From the human T2T-CHM13v2.0 reference genome, Homo sapiens, in NCBI RefSeq assembly GCF_009914755.1, contig NC_060930.1: a stretch of 64,000 bases of DNA, one strand, 5' to 3'. Below the pieces are notes generated by a model. That model had not been told where the DNA came from, did not search any database, and was given only the letters and a program-made list of their open reading frames with translations. A program made the translations under genes and the position numbers. Of this stretch, positions 1-14,175 are shown piece after piece (within the stretch, counting starts at the first letter, position 1; each line of letters opens with the position of its first letter).

Positions 1-2199
1 AGGATATTTTGCAAAGTTACTGGCAAGTATTCCTGGGATGATAAAATGTGAAATCTAAACTTGGTACAGTGGAAATTCACTTCTAGAATAATATTTAGCT
101 GAGGCAGAGGGCAATCCGACTACCCTTTTCTTAGTACAGCACACACAGGCTGCCTGTCTGTTCCAGATAACATAAATGTATTGGATCTAGCACTAGCTAG
201 GAGACACTGTATTGTTGAACTGTGTTAGAATTTTATAAGCTCTTAATTGGACAAATCTCAGAGTAGCATGAACACACTACCTGTTTTCTGAATCTTTGGA
301 GCCATAACTTACGTGAGTTTGAACTAAGCGATGTGAATAAGCCATTATTTGTTTCCTAAAGGCAGTCAAGTTTTCTGAAAAGCTACACATTTAGCAGCAA
401 AAGAACGAGCCCCTCTGTCTTGAAATGGGCCTCTGATTTTAAGCAAGCTCTTTTGAGTCCTGGTGTCCCATTTTCTCAGTTCCTTTTTGCCTCACAATGG
501 CACATACATAATGACTCCACCACATATAGCAGTGGGCTACTCGGGTAATGATGTGGCAGTCACAAGACAGGGCAGAATACTTTCATTTTGGTTAGAGGAA
601 TGCCACATGTCTTAGGAAATGCTCGCTGAACTGTAAGTTTCATACTTTGTCAAGAAGATAACCAGTATTCTCTCAAACAAGTCCGTAGGAGCCAACATGA
701 TTAAAAGATTTTAAAGCAATTTACTCGATAGAAGGGTTGGGCTTAATCAGGACTTGTGATCATGGCAATGGTTCCTGCTTAAAGGTGCCAGATTTTTAAT
801 GCCTTTTTGTGCCAGATCTAATAGGCTTACAGAGCAACTCCATGTATATGAGGTTGCTGGGAAACTCATCTGGTTTTGAATGTGGTATATACATATTTTA
901 ATATTGAGAGTAAACTTAGGAAGACCAGGTAGAAGTATTTGAACTGAATTCTGAAACGTACAGAGAACTTAAATTGGATGAGAATGTTTGAGAACCATGG
1001 ATGGTTCAGGGTCCATTTGTATACCGTAAAATCCCTTCCTATTTCTCAAAAGCAAATGTTTTCTTTGATTTTGTTAATATCCTGTGATGACTGCCCACTA
1101 GGCCTTGGAATGCATGCAGATAATGCTGTAGCAGTTGGATAAAATACTCTAGAATGTCAGATTTTCAAGGAAATTACAAATAAAAACAATGTAGGTAAAA
1201 GATACGACATGTAGGAAAAAAGCAAAATTTTCCTTAAGAATACAAGCGTCGTATTTACGAGTAGAAGATTTTTCTTGGACATTTGGAGATACTTGTTTCA
1301 TTTTATTGCTTGTGACAGTCAAGGAAAGGAATAAAGCTCTTGTGTCTTAAACTTGCAGCAAGAACAAAGTCCAACTATCTTTCGTTTCTGATAACTCTGT
1401 GTCTTTTTGTTCAATATTGGGTTTAGAGCTAGCTACCATCTACCTTCCCTTCAAACACTCACTCTAAACCTCCACACAGTGTAAGTATTTACATCAGGCA
1501 TCTGCTAAACATTTTCACATGGTTATCTGCAGGTCTTCTCTGAGTCTGTCTGCATTCATTTATCCTAGTTGCTCAGAACAATCGCTTGGGCTGACGGCCT
1601 GGTGGTTGAGTTTACTTTGCTTTGAATAGGGAACAGCTGTGCTCCAGGACTGCAGATTGGCTATTCGGAAAAAAGGGCAAGGAAGAGAGTGACCCAGCTC
1701 TGGGTAGACCATCCACACTGTAAAAAAAAAAGTCATAGCATAGTCTTCATCTATGGCAGTGGAGATATGGTCCTGTCCATCCACCTCTATCAGGAGAGGG
1801 TCTCCATTGTTAATCTCTGAGAAAGAGGCTCCATCTGTGAAACCTCCTGCATATTGTCTAATGAAGTGCTATTTTGAAAGGCGTGCACTGTACAGGTAAG
1901 AGTGATGATGGTGTGCCTGCCTTCTGGGCAACATCTCAGTAGACTTCCTCTGAATCATTCCCACTGGACCCAACAGCAAAAGCGTACACATCATTGAGTT
2001 TTATCGTTCTATCTAAGGCGTATAACATTTTTCTCTCTGAAAGTCTGTGATTCTTTCGGAGAATGAAGGGGCTTACCCTATCCATCTGCCCCTAAAAATA
2101 TTCGCTGGAAAGCTGATACCTCTGCTCAGGTTTTCCACAGCAGATCACTCTTCAGTAAGAATTCTGATATTAAGTAGTTTAATTCAGATCCATGGAAAA

Positions 2200-2390
2200 T
2201 GACTGAGTACCAGCCATAGCTCCCACCACTCTCTAGCTGTGCAATTTAGAGGCAGATTATTTAACCTCATGCCTTGAATTTCTCATCTGCAAAGTGGGAG
2301 TACTAACAGTAGCTACCAGATATATTATATGGAATAAATGACATTAAGCCACTCATTAAACTCCTTGCAGTTTCCAAGCATTAGAAACTC
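2200..2390 (+). mobile_element. MIR fragment
   Basis: Core-like TAGCTGTG...TTATTTAACCTC...TTTCTCATCTGCAAAGTGGG; approximate ends. Confidence 0.6.
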
Positions 2391-2722
2391 AGTATGAGGA
2401 AGTTATTTCTATTCTAAGCCTAGCACAGTGCCTGGTACTCAATACATGTTGGTTGAATCAGTGAAATAATTCAAGGTCAGCACCAAAGCTGCTAGGAATT
2501 TATGAACATCTGATCATAACTGGAAACTTGATCTAAAAAGCAAAGGGCAGTCAATCCAATCAACTGAGCGTACCATCTGTTGAAATGCTGCTGCTTCTGT
2601 AATGAGTATAAAGTGTTGGAAGAGAAAGTCCAGGAACCTCCATCATTCTTCCTTCCATCATTCCTCTCCTTTGTGACTATCTTTGTGATGAGAAGGGTAA
2701 CAAAAAAATCTTGCTGAGATGA

Positions 2723-3169
<447 letters not shown>

Positions 3170-3229
3170 TAGTCTCTCCCACTCTGGCCCCATAACATAT
3201 GTCCACGAGGTGGTAATAATAACAACTAT

Positions 3230-3690
3230 AGTAGCACCTAAGGTTGGGGCAGCTCTTACTTTGTGCGATGCTTTTTATAGTGTTATTACGTGTGATTCTC
3301 ACAGCAACCCCAGGTGGTGAACAACGTTATGATTCCTGTTGTACAAATGAGGAAACTAAGGCTTTGCAAAGCTAGGTAACATGCCCAATATTACACAGCT
3401 TCAAAAGTGACAGCCCTAGGACTTGAAGATAAACTCATCTAATTCCAAAGCTCATGCTTTTAGCCATTACTTGAGACAGTATTAACTTTTAAAGTTTGTA
3501 ATCAATATGAATTTGGCCTTGGGAAAGCAGGTTAAGCATCTGGGGTTGATGGGAGATAACATTACACCCTCTCTTAGCCTCAGCAACTTCATCTGTAAAA
3601 TGGGAATAATTACATCCGAGTCACAGAAGTTTTGTGGCTCTTCATGAGGATTAAATAAAGTAATGCATGTAAAAGAGTTTTGTACAAAGT
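3230..3690. mobile_element. Two MIR fragments (about 3230-3480 on -, about 3560-3690 on +)
   Basis: ACAAATGAGGAAACTAAGGCT (reverse core) and CCTCAGCAACTTCATCTGTAAAATGGGAATAAT (forward core). Confidence 0.6.
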
Positions 3691-3714
3691 TCACTTTTAT
3701 AAAATGCAAGTTGT

Positions 3715-4051
<337 letters not shown>

Positions 4052-5398
4052 TTAGTTCCATGTAAAATCTTCCCACTAAGTGAATGAGGGTTCACCTGGC
4101 TGTAGTGCTATGAGATAGATATGAGGGGCAGATTGGTTTATGCTTCTCAAAAACAGAAAGTGTGCCAGGGTGGAAGTGTGGGTGGGGAGTCTCCGCCTCC
4201 CAGCCATGTGGCAAAGCTGGAATGTGAGTACAGCAGCAGTATGGATGCGGTTTTGAGGGGATGGTGGTAATCCTCTTCTGGCGGCACCCCTCCAGTATTG
4301 TGGGATGCTCTCTGATTTCTTTTGAGAAGACAAGTAGCTAGGAGCTTCCCTAGCCTTTCTGTTGTAAAAACCATCAAGATCCCTGTTGAATGCATACCTG
4401 GAGCTTGGTTTCCCTAAGCACAGACTTTAATAACTTCATTTGGTTTTAGTCTCCTATTTAAAGCTGCCACCCACTCTCAATTTTTTGGGTTTTCCTACTA
4501 AGAATGGATATAACATGGGCAGTCTTCCAGTTCTCCTTTCTTGCTGCCTTGAAGACAACACACAGGCCAATCACAAGGAGGCAGAGACAGGCCCCAACAA
4601 GTTGACAATCCTAGAGAGCTTAGTGTGAGTAGACTTGCTGAGGTTCCTGACTTTTGCTGGAATAGGAGAGTGCCACTGGCTTTTTGACATTTCTTTTTCC
4701 AACTGTTTCCTTGTCAAAATGACCAGCAGCTCAGCTCCCCTAAACATACCTCCTCCCCTAGATTGGTTCAGAGGAAGCCATCAAGGTCCTTTTGCAAACG
4801 GATGATCTGCATTTTTGAGATCCTTCTTTCCTCTGCTGTTCATAGAAATGGTCTCATTGGAATAATTCCTTTTGGAATGTTACTAAGGACACCAAGAAAT
4901 CAACAAGAAAATTTGAGTGTATCTGACAGAAGAAATTTGGCTTTTGTACTCTAATAATTATTTATTAGAAGCAATAACTGGTCAGAATTTATTTGCTTAA
5001 AACCATGTAAAGAAAGGTGCTTAATAAAGATAATTGCATCACATATAGTAATCCGTTTTAGTATCTTTCACCTTAAAACTATGTGACAAATAAAGACACA
5101 AATTGCTCTTTCTTTCTAATAAGCAATTTTGGAAATTCCTTATTGGGAAATTCCAAATTTTACAAAATTTACAAAATTTAAAATTTTGGAAATCGTACCT
5201 GCATCAAGTTTTCTGAAAGAATATTTAAGGATTAAGGTTACTTAGAATCCAATATATGCATAGTTTAATTTAACTCATATTGTTAAATTCTTTTTCTAAT
5301 TTTATTTAAGAAATGAGTAATATTGACAAGGGCCTTGCTGTGGTTTATTATGGCTTGTCCTAGAGTCTCTATTCCCAGCTAGATTAAAAGTGCCTCAG

Positions 5399-5854
<456 letters not shown>

Positions 5855-7022
5855 CTAGACAATCTCTATCAGGTGTGATCAGTAAGGCACATAATATGAT
5901 ATGTGACTATTACAGAGTAGCACACTACAATATGTGCCTAAAGCCATAACATCAACTAATACAATTCAGCAGAGTAGAATGTGAAGAGTGCTTGCAGAGT
6001 GCTGAGCACCACGGTGAGGAAGTGTAAAGAGAAGAAGGTATTTCTGGGTTGGTGCAGGATGGTTAGGGATAGCTTTGGGTAGGAAGCGACTCTTGACCAT
6101 GACCTTAAAGGACAGGTAATGTTTACATGGGAAAATACAAGGAAAAGGAGGTGCATAATGAAAGGCATGGGGGAGGTGGTTTTGGGAAACCATCAGTCTG
6201 ACAGAAACATAGTTAAGAAAAGTGCAAGGTGGTGGTAGGAGGTAATTTAGAAGTGGAGAGTCAGATGTCCTATTAAGGAGCTTGAACTTTATCTTGTAGG
6301 CATTAAAGATGTTGGTGTAGGATTGGAATGAAATAAAGACTTAACCTTAGAAAAATACTGTGTGGATTGAAGTTTTCAGATGAAGAGTGGGTACATCAAT
6401 TCGGAGGTGAGGGAAATAGTTCAAGGGAGGTGTCACACCATTAAAAAAAATCTTTTAGGACTTGTTTTTTGCAATCATGATTGTTTATGGTTGTAAAGAT
6501 TTTGTTTCAGAAATGATTGGTGGAGAAAGAAGTGTATTGAGAATCAAAAGATGGGACTGTGCCACTGATGTGCGCAGTGAGAAGCTGCAAGCTTGGTGCC
6601 CCATCTTCCTAACTGTAAAATGGGCATAACAACTACCAGACAGCCGTCAAAACATTATACTAGTGATACAATGAAGACTAAGTGATATAATTTTGAAAGG
6701 CAGTATGCCTTATATGTGTAAAATGCTGTTTACTTGGAATATTTTTATAGTAAAATTATTTTCTTTGGACAAGATATAGATGCAGAAGAAAATGATCATA
6801 TTTCTGTGAGATTAGGATTCAGACCATTTGAATTTTTTATATTTATTAAATAGGTACTTTATGTTGGGTACTGAATAAGTCTTTTATTTTTAACACCTCA
6901 TTTCCCTCACAAAATGGATGGCATCTTTGGACTAGGGGAAATGTGTGGTCCCTGCAGCTGTAGTATTTTATGATTCTATAGCTTTTGCCTTTAGCAAACT
7001 TCTCTTAGAATAGTGATTTAAG

Positions 7023-7290
7023 GGCTGGGTGTGGTGGCTTACACCTGTAATCCCAGCACTTTGGGAGGCTGAGGCAGGCAGATCACCTGAGGTCAGGCAT
7101 TCGAGACCAGCCTGGCCAACATGGTGAAACCCCTTCTTTACTAAAAATAAAAAATTAGCCCCGTGTGGCAGCATGCGCCTGTAGTCCCAGCTACTAGGGA
7201 GGCTGAGGCAAGAGAATCGCTTGAACCGGGAGGTGGAGGTTGCAGTGAGCCAATATTGTACCACTGCACTCCAGCCTGGGCGACAGAACA
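7023..7290 (+). mobile_element. AluS-type element lacking its 3' end and tail
   Basis: Dimer ends at ...GGGCGACAGAACA with no poly-A. Confidence 0.9.
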
Positions 7291-7298
7291 TTTAATGC

Positions 7299-7592
7299 TG
7301 GTGGCTCACACCTGTAATCCTAGCACTTTGGGAGGCCGAGGTGGGTGAATTGCTTTTGCTCAGGAGTTTGAGAGCAGTCTGGGCAACATGGCGAAACCCC
7401 ATCTCTATAAAAAATACAAAAATTAGCCAGGTGTGGTGGTGCACGCCTGTAGTCCCAGCTACTTGAGAGGCTGAGGTGAGAGGATGACTTAAGCCCAGGA
7501 GATCCAGGCTGCAGTGAGCTGACATAGCGCCACTGCACACTGCATTCCAGCCTGGGCAACAGAGCAAGATCTTGTCTTAAAAAAAAAAAAAA
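7299..7592 (+). mobile_element. AluJ-type element lacking the first ~10 nt
   Basis: AluJ-like GAGGATGACTTAAGCCCAGGAGATCCAGGCTGCAGTGAGC; poly-A 7579-7592. Confidence 0.9.
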
Positions 7593-10353
7593 GTGACTTA
7601 AGATACTGACAGTATAAACACAACCAAACCCATGGGCATCTGTGCTGGGAATAAAAGACAGACATGTTTTCATTGCACTGATTTAGGATTCTGCTTGGAA
7701 AGGAAAACTGTGATCTCTCCTGCAGTTGCCTAAAATGCTTTACAGTTATGGGAATGGAAAAGCTAAATTCTGTGATTTGTGGGTAGAGGGAAGGAGGACG
7801 AGTGTCCTTTCTGATTTCCTCTTTTTCCTTCTCTTCCAAGGGGAAATAAAAGGCTAGAGCAACAATTTAAAAAGAAAAGGCAAGGAGCTACTGGGGGTAG
7901 AGTCGGGAGGGAAAAAGGCCAAACCCACTAAATAATTTCACTTCAGTTACAGTAAATCTCAAATGATGATGCTACACTCCTGAGAATGTTCCATGGTGGA
8001 AATGCCTGGGCTTTGAATTTTGAGCAGCGAAGTACCAGGAGAGGGTGACATGATAACATTCAACAGGAAGAACACTGCTCTTGTCCGTTTGACGGTCCTA
8101 TTCCTCCGGATCACTCAATCTTCACAAATCAAGCATATAGCTCCTTCACATGTCATTTGTGAAGGGAAAGACTCCTAGGAAAATGTTTTCTAGGAAAGGG
8201 AAAAAAGCAGAAAGCAAAGGTCTCCTGCTTACTACAGCATTCGTGTTGCATAAGCAGTATTAATGTAGTGGAGTATTAATCACTTAGAACAGTTCACGTA
8301 TTATTCCTATCTGGGCTCTGCAGGGTCCTTTCTTCACTTCTTTCTCGACATTTGGATTCTGTCCATTTTACTCCTCCCTCTGCACTTGGAATAGAAGTGA
8401 AATTTGTTGTGCCAATTCTCTGCTTGTTAGAAGCCATGGTAATGTTTAGTAGGGGAAAAGCTTTGTACTGCTACATAGAAGGAGGTTTTGGGATTATTTA
8501 AGACTTTACTTTGTTGATGGGATTCCTAGAATCTACTATTACTGGGTATACTAGACAAGTTTGTAGATTTACAAAAGTGTGGATAACATGGGTTGCACTT
8601 GATTTCTTTATCCAGCTCTTTGGTTCTAAATTTATTGCCAATTTTATTTATCAAAACTATTCTCAGCGGAGTAGTATTTTCTGTGGACACAAGGAAACAT
8701 CTGTGAGCTTAAACCTTAGAGGCAGATAGCCAGTTAGAACATTTGGCATATGAAGCTTAGATAGCAGAAGAGAAAAATTAACCAAGGCAACCCTCAAAAA
8801 TATTGAGAAGGCAACTAAGAAAAATTTCTTATCACTGACAGACTGCAGTATTGAGTTCGTGTTAATGAAGAAATGTCAGAATACATAATGAATCAATAAG
8901 GAGTGTCATATTATGGCAAGTTTCAATGTTGGTGTCAATCTCGACTGCCAGGATTTATGGTAGATTATATAATGGAATCCTGAGTTCTGAGAGATCAAAG
9001 GAAAATGCTGGCTCTTTCTTCATCCATTCTCTTAGGTCAAGCCTATGCAGCAAGAAGCCAAGTTGAGAATTGAGCAATTATCTGAAGTGGGCAGTGGAGA
9101 CGGCCAAACCAGATAATATATAACCAGAAAGTCACCGTGGAGGGAAAATGTGGACTGAAAATAGGATAAGGGGTGGAGGTAGAATGTCAAGCCATTTGGT
9201 CAGTGTCCACAGTCCAAATTTACTGAATAACAGCCAATTCCTTACTTCATGTGGTTATTTAGAGCGAGACTAGAGGACAAGTGAAAAAAAAAAAAAAGAG
9301 TTCATTCCTAAGGTTGTTGCATGTTTGTGCAAAATTTCTTCAAATCTCTGTTATTATCTGTTACATGTCTAATTCTGAGTACTTCCAGAGATTGCATTTC
9401 ATTACTTTAGATTAGTGGGTTGAAGTGGTGGAGGAAGCCCATATAATCTGACTTACATGGAGAAAACAAGTCTTTTTTTATAGTTTAGTTGAGTGTTATA
9501 TTTAATTAGCCTTTTTTTCCCTCCATAATGCATGCTTATGAATTTTCCACTTAAAATTCTGAGGCTCTGACCTTTATCATTTCCTCATGGAGCAATTTCT
9601 GTACCTCCTTAACTTTAGTAGAACATAGCAATGAAATATACAAGTCCCCTAGAATAGAATTTGTGTGAATTTGGTTTTCTAAAAACACAACTACCAAAGT
9701 CTGAGGACCAGTGTGGTATTTTTTTCTTCTATTTGATATGGAAACCATAAACTACTTACTTTGAGCAGATGTTTCCCAGTCCTAAAATACAGCTATCAGT
9801 CCACTGGCCCCTATAAATCTGTTGGAGTGCACCTGCTAATTCTGAAGCCTCCCTAATACAATGTTAAACTTTCCTTTTTTTTTTTTTTTTTTTGAGAAAA
9901 AAATTGTAAATTAGGTTCACTGTTGCTTGGAATTAGGAAAAAATAAAAACACAGGCATACTAATATTTCAGATGGAAAAACAAAGTTAAGAATTCAACAA
10001 GTTTTTTTCCCCCACTCTATCATGTCTTGCACATTTAAAGCTGTTATACAACATTTTAAAAACAAACCAAAAAAACCCAGGGCCTTTTTCCAACAGCTTA
10101 GGCTGATGACCCACAGTAAAAAAGTGCCCCATGGGATATTCTTAAAGCACCCCAAGGGAGTCTATTGAAATAACTTAAAGTAAAAATTCAGAAGAATTTT
10201 ACATGTAATTAAAAATTAAGAACGTTGTTTTATAAGCAATAGGGAAAAGCTGTATTAAGTTGCATTGCTCAATTTCTCACTTGCTCTGTGCAGTGACTGC
10301 TTTTTCAACCATGTAACAACGTCTGAATCTTCGTGGTAAAATCATACCTATCA

Positions 10354-10768
<415 letters not shown>

Positions 10769-11071
10769 TCATCCCGTGGGCCTGAGTTGGTGTAGTGGAT
10801 TATGGCCTGTGCGTGAATGAAGAAACACTTGCCAATGGCATCAGTGGTAACTAGCTTAAGCCCTACTCAGCTTTGTAAAATAATGTAATCAAGGAATTTG
10901 ATCTGAACAGGTAAGCCAAACATTGATTCTTCAGTGCCTATTGATAAGTGAGACTACTTTTCTTTTTAACAGCCTTATTTCACTTAAGTGGGGAGTCAAA
11001 CTAGCTTTAATTAAGGAAATCTGTAGAAATCACCCACATCTCCCTTTCCTTCTCTGTTAAAAAAACAAAAG

Positions 11072-11202
11072 GAAGAAGAAAACTAGGAAGGAGTAAGCAC
11101 AAAGATCTCTTCACATTCTCCGGGACTGCGGTACCAAATATCAGCACAGCACTTCTTGAAAAAGGATGTAGATTTTAATCTGAACTTTGAACCATCACTG
11201 AG
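11072..11202 (+). other. ESR1: ESR1 5'-untranslated exon E1 (131 nt), shared by E- and F-promoter transcripts
   Basis: GAAGAAGAAAACTAGGAAGGAGTAAGCACAAAGATCTC...GAACCATCACTGAG matches my recollection of the ESR1 upstream-promoter mRNA 5' UTR. Bounded by AG (11070-11071) and GAG|GTATGT (GT at 11203-11204). Identification is by recall, not a database search. Confidence 0.9.
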
Positions 11203-13430
11203 GTATGTGTGAACATACTAGTTTCCTCTTTCTCTCTCCTGACTTTGTCCGTAAATTGATAAGATCTAATTTGGTCATCAGTTTGGAGAACGATTTTTCA
11301 TTTAATTTCTTTCATTATCAAGTGTGTATTGTCAGGGGCTTAGCAGTACACCTACTATCTGATGGGCACTCTACATGCGTTGCTTAGGTTGAAATTAAGG
11401 ATACAATCTGTGCACTACCACCATTTAAAAAAATCCCCAAGTCTACTGTGTGGGTGAGGTTTCTTTGCATAGTATCAGAGAGGTTAACCAATTTATTTAC
11501 ATACTCAATAGTCCACTCTAAGTAGGGAAAATCCAAGCTTTTTTTTTCTTAAGAAAGAGCTTTTCATTCTTTTTTCCCTCAGAGCTTTACCATAGTTTCC
11601 AGCAAGTGAAAACATTTCTTGATTTGAATTTCACAACCTCCTTCTCCTCTTGCCAGTTGTATGGTGCTAATAGGAAGCAAAATGTGAGTGTGCTTTTAAT
11701 TTAACCCTAAAATAGGGGAATATCTTCAGAATTTAGACTTTACATATTCAGTGACCTACCTAAAAATAGAGACATAGTTCTAACCTTCTCAATCATTAAG
11801 AAACATTTCTATTGAATTTAATTATTCAAAACAACAGGTAGCAGTTTCACAAGGGAAAAGACAAGCCATGCCACTTGTATTTGTGGTCACCAAGTAATTA
11901 CATTATTTTTTATTTAAAATTAAGATAAAATAACTTACTGACTGTCAAGTCCATTTCTCATTTCCTCCATAGAACATTTTAAAACTAGTTCACAAACCTC
12001 TTGAAAAGTCATGCCTCTAGAAAGTGCAAATTGTCACCATTGCCTAGAAGCCAACTTGAGAGGCTGTGTATCTATGCAGCATTTTGCAAATCCAGTAGCA
12101 GGCATGTGATATAAAAGATTAAATGCACCCCTGATTTGTGAATACTATCCTAGCCTTCAAAATGTTCAAAAGCACAGGAAGTCTGCACTTTTAAAAATAT
12201 AACCTGCCCAAATTGCAAGGGAGGGGTTGGGTGTAGGACCTAGGTCTGTCTGCCAATCAGCTTGAGATGCCAGTGGACGAAACCTGACTTCACTAAAAAC
12301 CAGACTGGCAAATATTACTCAGCGTGGTAATTTCCTAATTGTAGAACTGGCCTGTTTGGTGAAGTATTTCAGGAAAATTTTTAGCTGGACCTTTTCTACC
12401 CTACTGCATAAGAAATGAAGGTTTCTAGGCAAAGACTTTACTTAGTGACTAACCAAAAATGGTAAATAAAGTCACCGCTTCCAGGCTTAGCTACTGTCCT
12501 CAAAACAGCTGCAGGACTGGTCAGGCCAGTCTTCTGAGGCTGGAGGTGCATGTGGAACCCCCAGAGCCTTGTCTGCAAGGGCATGGCTGACTGCAGGCTG
12601 TTTAGAAGCACCCCGCCCCGTGAAACTCCTCTGGCTTAGGAATTTTAAACAGTTCTAGTTCTAATCTCTCTGCTCAGAGTCTGAGCAGCTGTGAATGAGC
12701 TCTCCTGTGAATCACAGAAATGTTAATGGGTGAGCTGCTCTAGCTTCTTACTTCCAAGTGGAAGGCGCCTGTAGCTCTTTGCCAGCTTGATGCAGTGAGT
12801 TTGATTCCTCTTTTGGGCAGCAGGGAGAGATAATGAAGGAGGGGGAAAAAAGATTTTAATATAGAAACGAGTCTTCCATCTGGCTGAGGCTGAACAAAGT
12901 AGAAGAACCAGTGCAAGTCACTGGGGGTATGGATCTCATACCATTTTCAGCATATACCTCCCTTTCTCTCTTTTTGATTCTACACATGTCAGTCCCTGAG
13001 TAGTCTTGCATTGCTTTCCCCACTTTGAAGTCTTAGATCCAAAACTCTGATTCCAGAAAGGTCTAAGGTGCTGTTGCTGAGATTTTGAAAGAGACCTGAG
13101 ACAAACTGTTGGGATTCTAGACGCTATTGCGCATCTGCCTGGGTAACTGTGTCACTTAGGTTGGGTCACCAGAATAATTCTCCTCCATTTTTGCTGCCTT
13201 TCCAATTTATAAACAACACAGAACATCAGTGGTTCTCCCATAATCAAATATATTTGGCTCTATTAATATTAAAATTTGATCTTGAGTAGAAAGATTCTAA
13301 GGGCTAAAAAATAAAAGATGTAAAATGTATGTTGATAGGTTAGTGTAGAAGCCACCCATGGGGTTGCCCCCACTCCCACTCTTTCATATTTTTTTTAAGA
13401 AACAACACTCAAGTTACAAAGTCGATTCTT

Positions 13431-13751
13431 TTTTTGTTTTGTTTTATTTGAGACTGAGTCTCACTCTGTCACCACCCAGGCTGGAGTGCAGTGGTGCGAT
13501 CTTGGCTCACTGCAACCTCTGCCTCCCCGGTTCAAGCGATTTTTCCTGCCTCAGCCTCCCAAGTAGCTGGGATTACAGGTGCCCGCCACCACACCCAGCT
13601 AATTTTTGTATTTTTAGTAGAGATAGAGACAGGGTTTCACTATGTTTCACCATGTTGACCAGGCTGGTCTTGAACTCCTGACCTCAGGTGATCCACCCGC
13701 CTCAGCCTCCCAAAGTGTTGGGATTACAGGCGTGAGCCAACGCCCCTGGCC
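13431..13751 (-). mobile_element. AluS-type element
   Basis: TSD-like AAAGTCGATTCTT / AAAGTCAATTCTT; small internal duplications near 13617-13655. Confidence 0.95.
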
Positions 13752-14122
13752 ACAAAAGTCAATTCTTAACTTAAAACATAAAAGTTCCATTTCTTTTATG
13801 GTCTACTTAGTCATGTCTGGAGTCAGTGAGCTCAGTCAAGTAGTTTGCAGAATGACAGTTGTGATACCTATTCATTTACCCACCAGATTATTTTCTGCTC
13901 TCCATGGCACTTTATAGAAAACAGTTTATTCGGTCATTACAACAGCTCTAGGAGGGGGTTTCATTAAACCCACTTTCTAGGAAAGCGAACTAAGGCTTAG
14001 AAAAATCAAGTAATTTGCTAAAGACTACCCAGCTGGCAATGATATGACAGGACATGAACTTAGGACAATAACTCAAGGTCTTGGTCCCTGTAAATATGGG
14101 TTTCCAGGTTATGTATGCAGGC

Positions 14123-14175
14123 AGAGGGCTTAGATCCTGAAGTTTCCTTCAGAAACTTCAGGATCTAAGCCCTCT
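14123..14175. repeat. Perfect inverted repeat, 24-bp arms with 5-nt spacer
   Basis: AGAGGGCTTAGATCCTGAAGTTTC-CTTCA-GAAACTTCAGGATCTAAGCCCTCT. Confidence 0.97.

Noticed and set aside
1893-1901. Strong donor CAG|GTAAGA
   Set aside because: No convincing paired acceptor; isolated donor motifs are common.
2471-2479. TCAAGGTCA ERR/NR5A site and scattered ERE half-sites
   Set aside because: A single 9-mer is expected by chance at this length; I saw no full GGTCAnnnTGACC in reading by eye.
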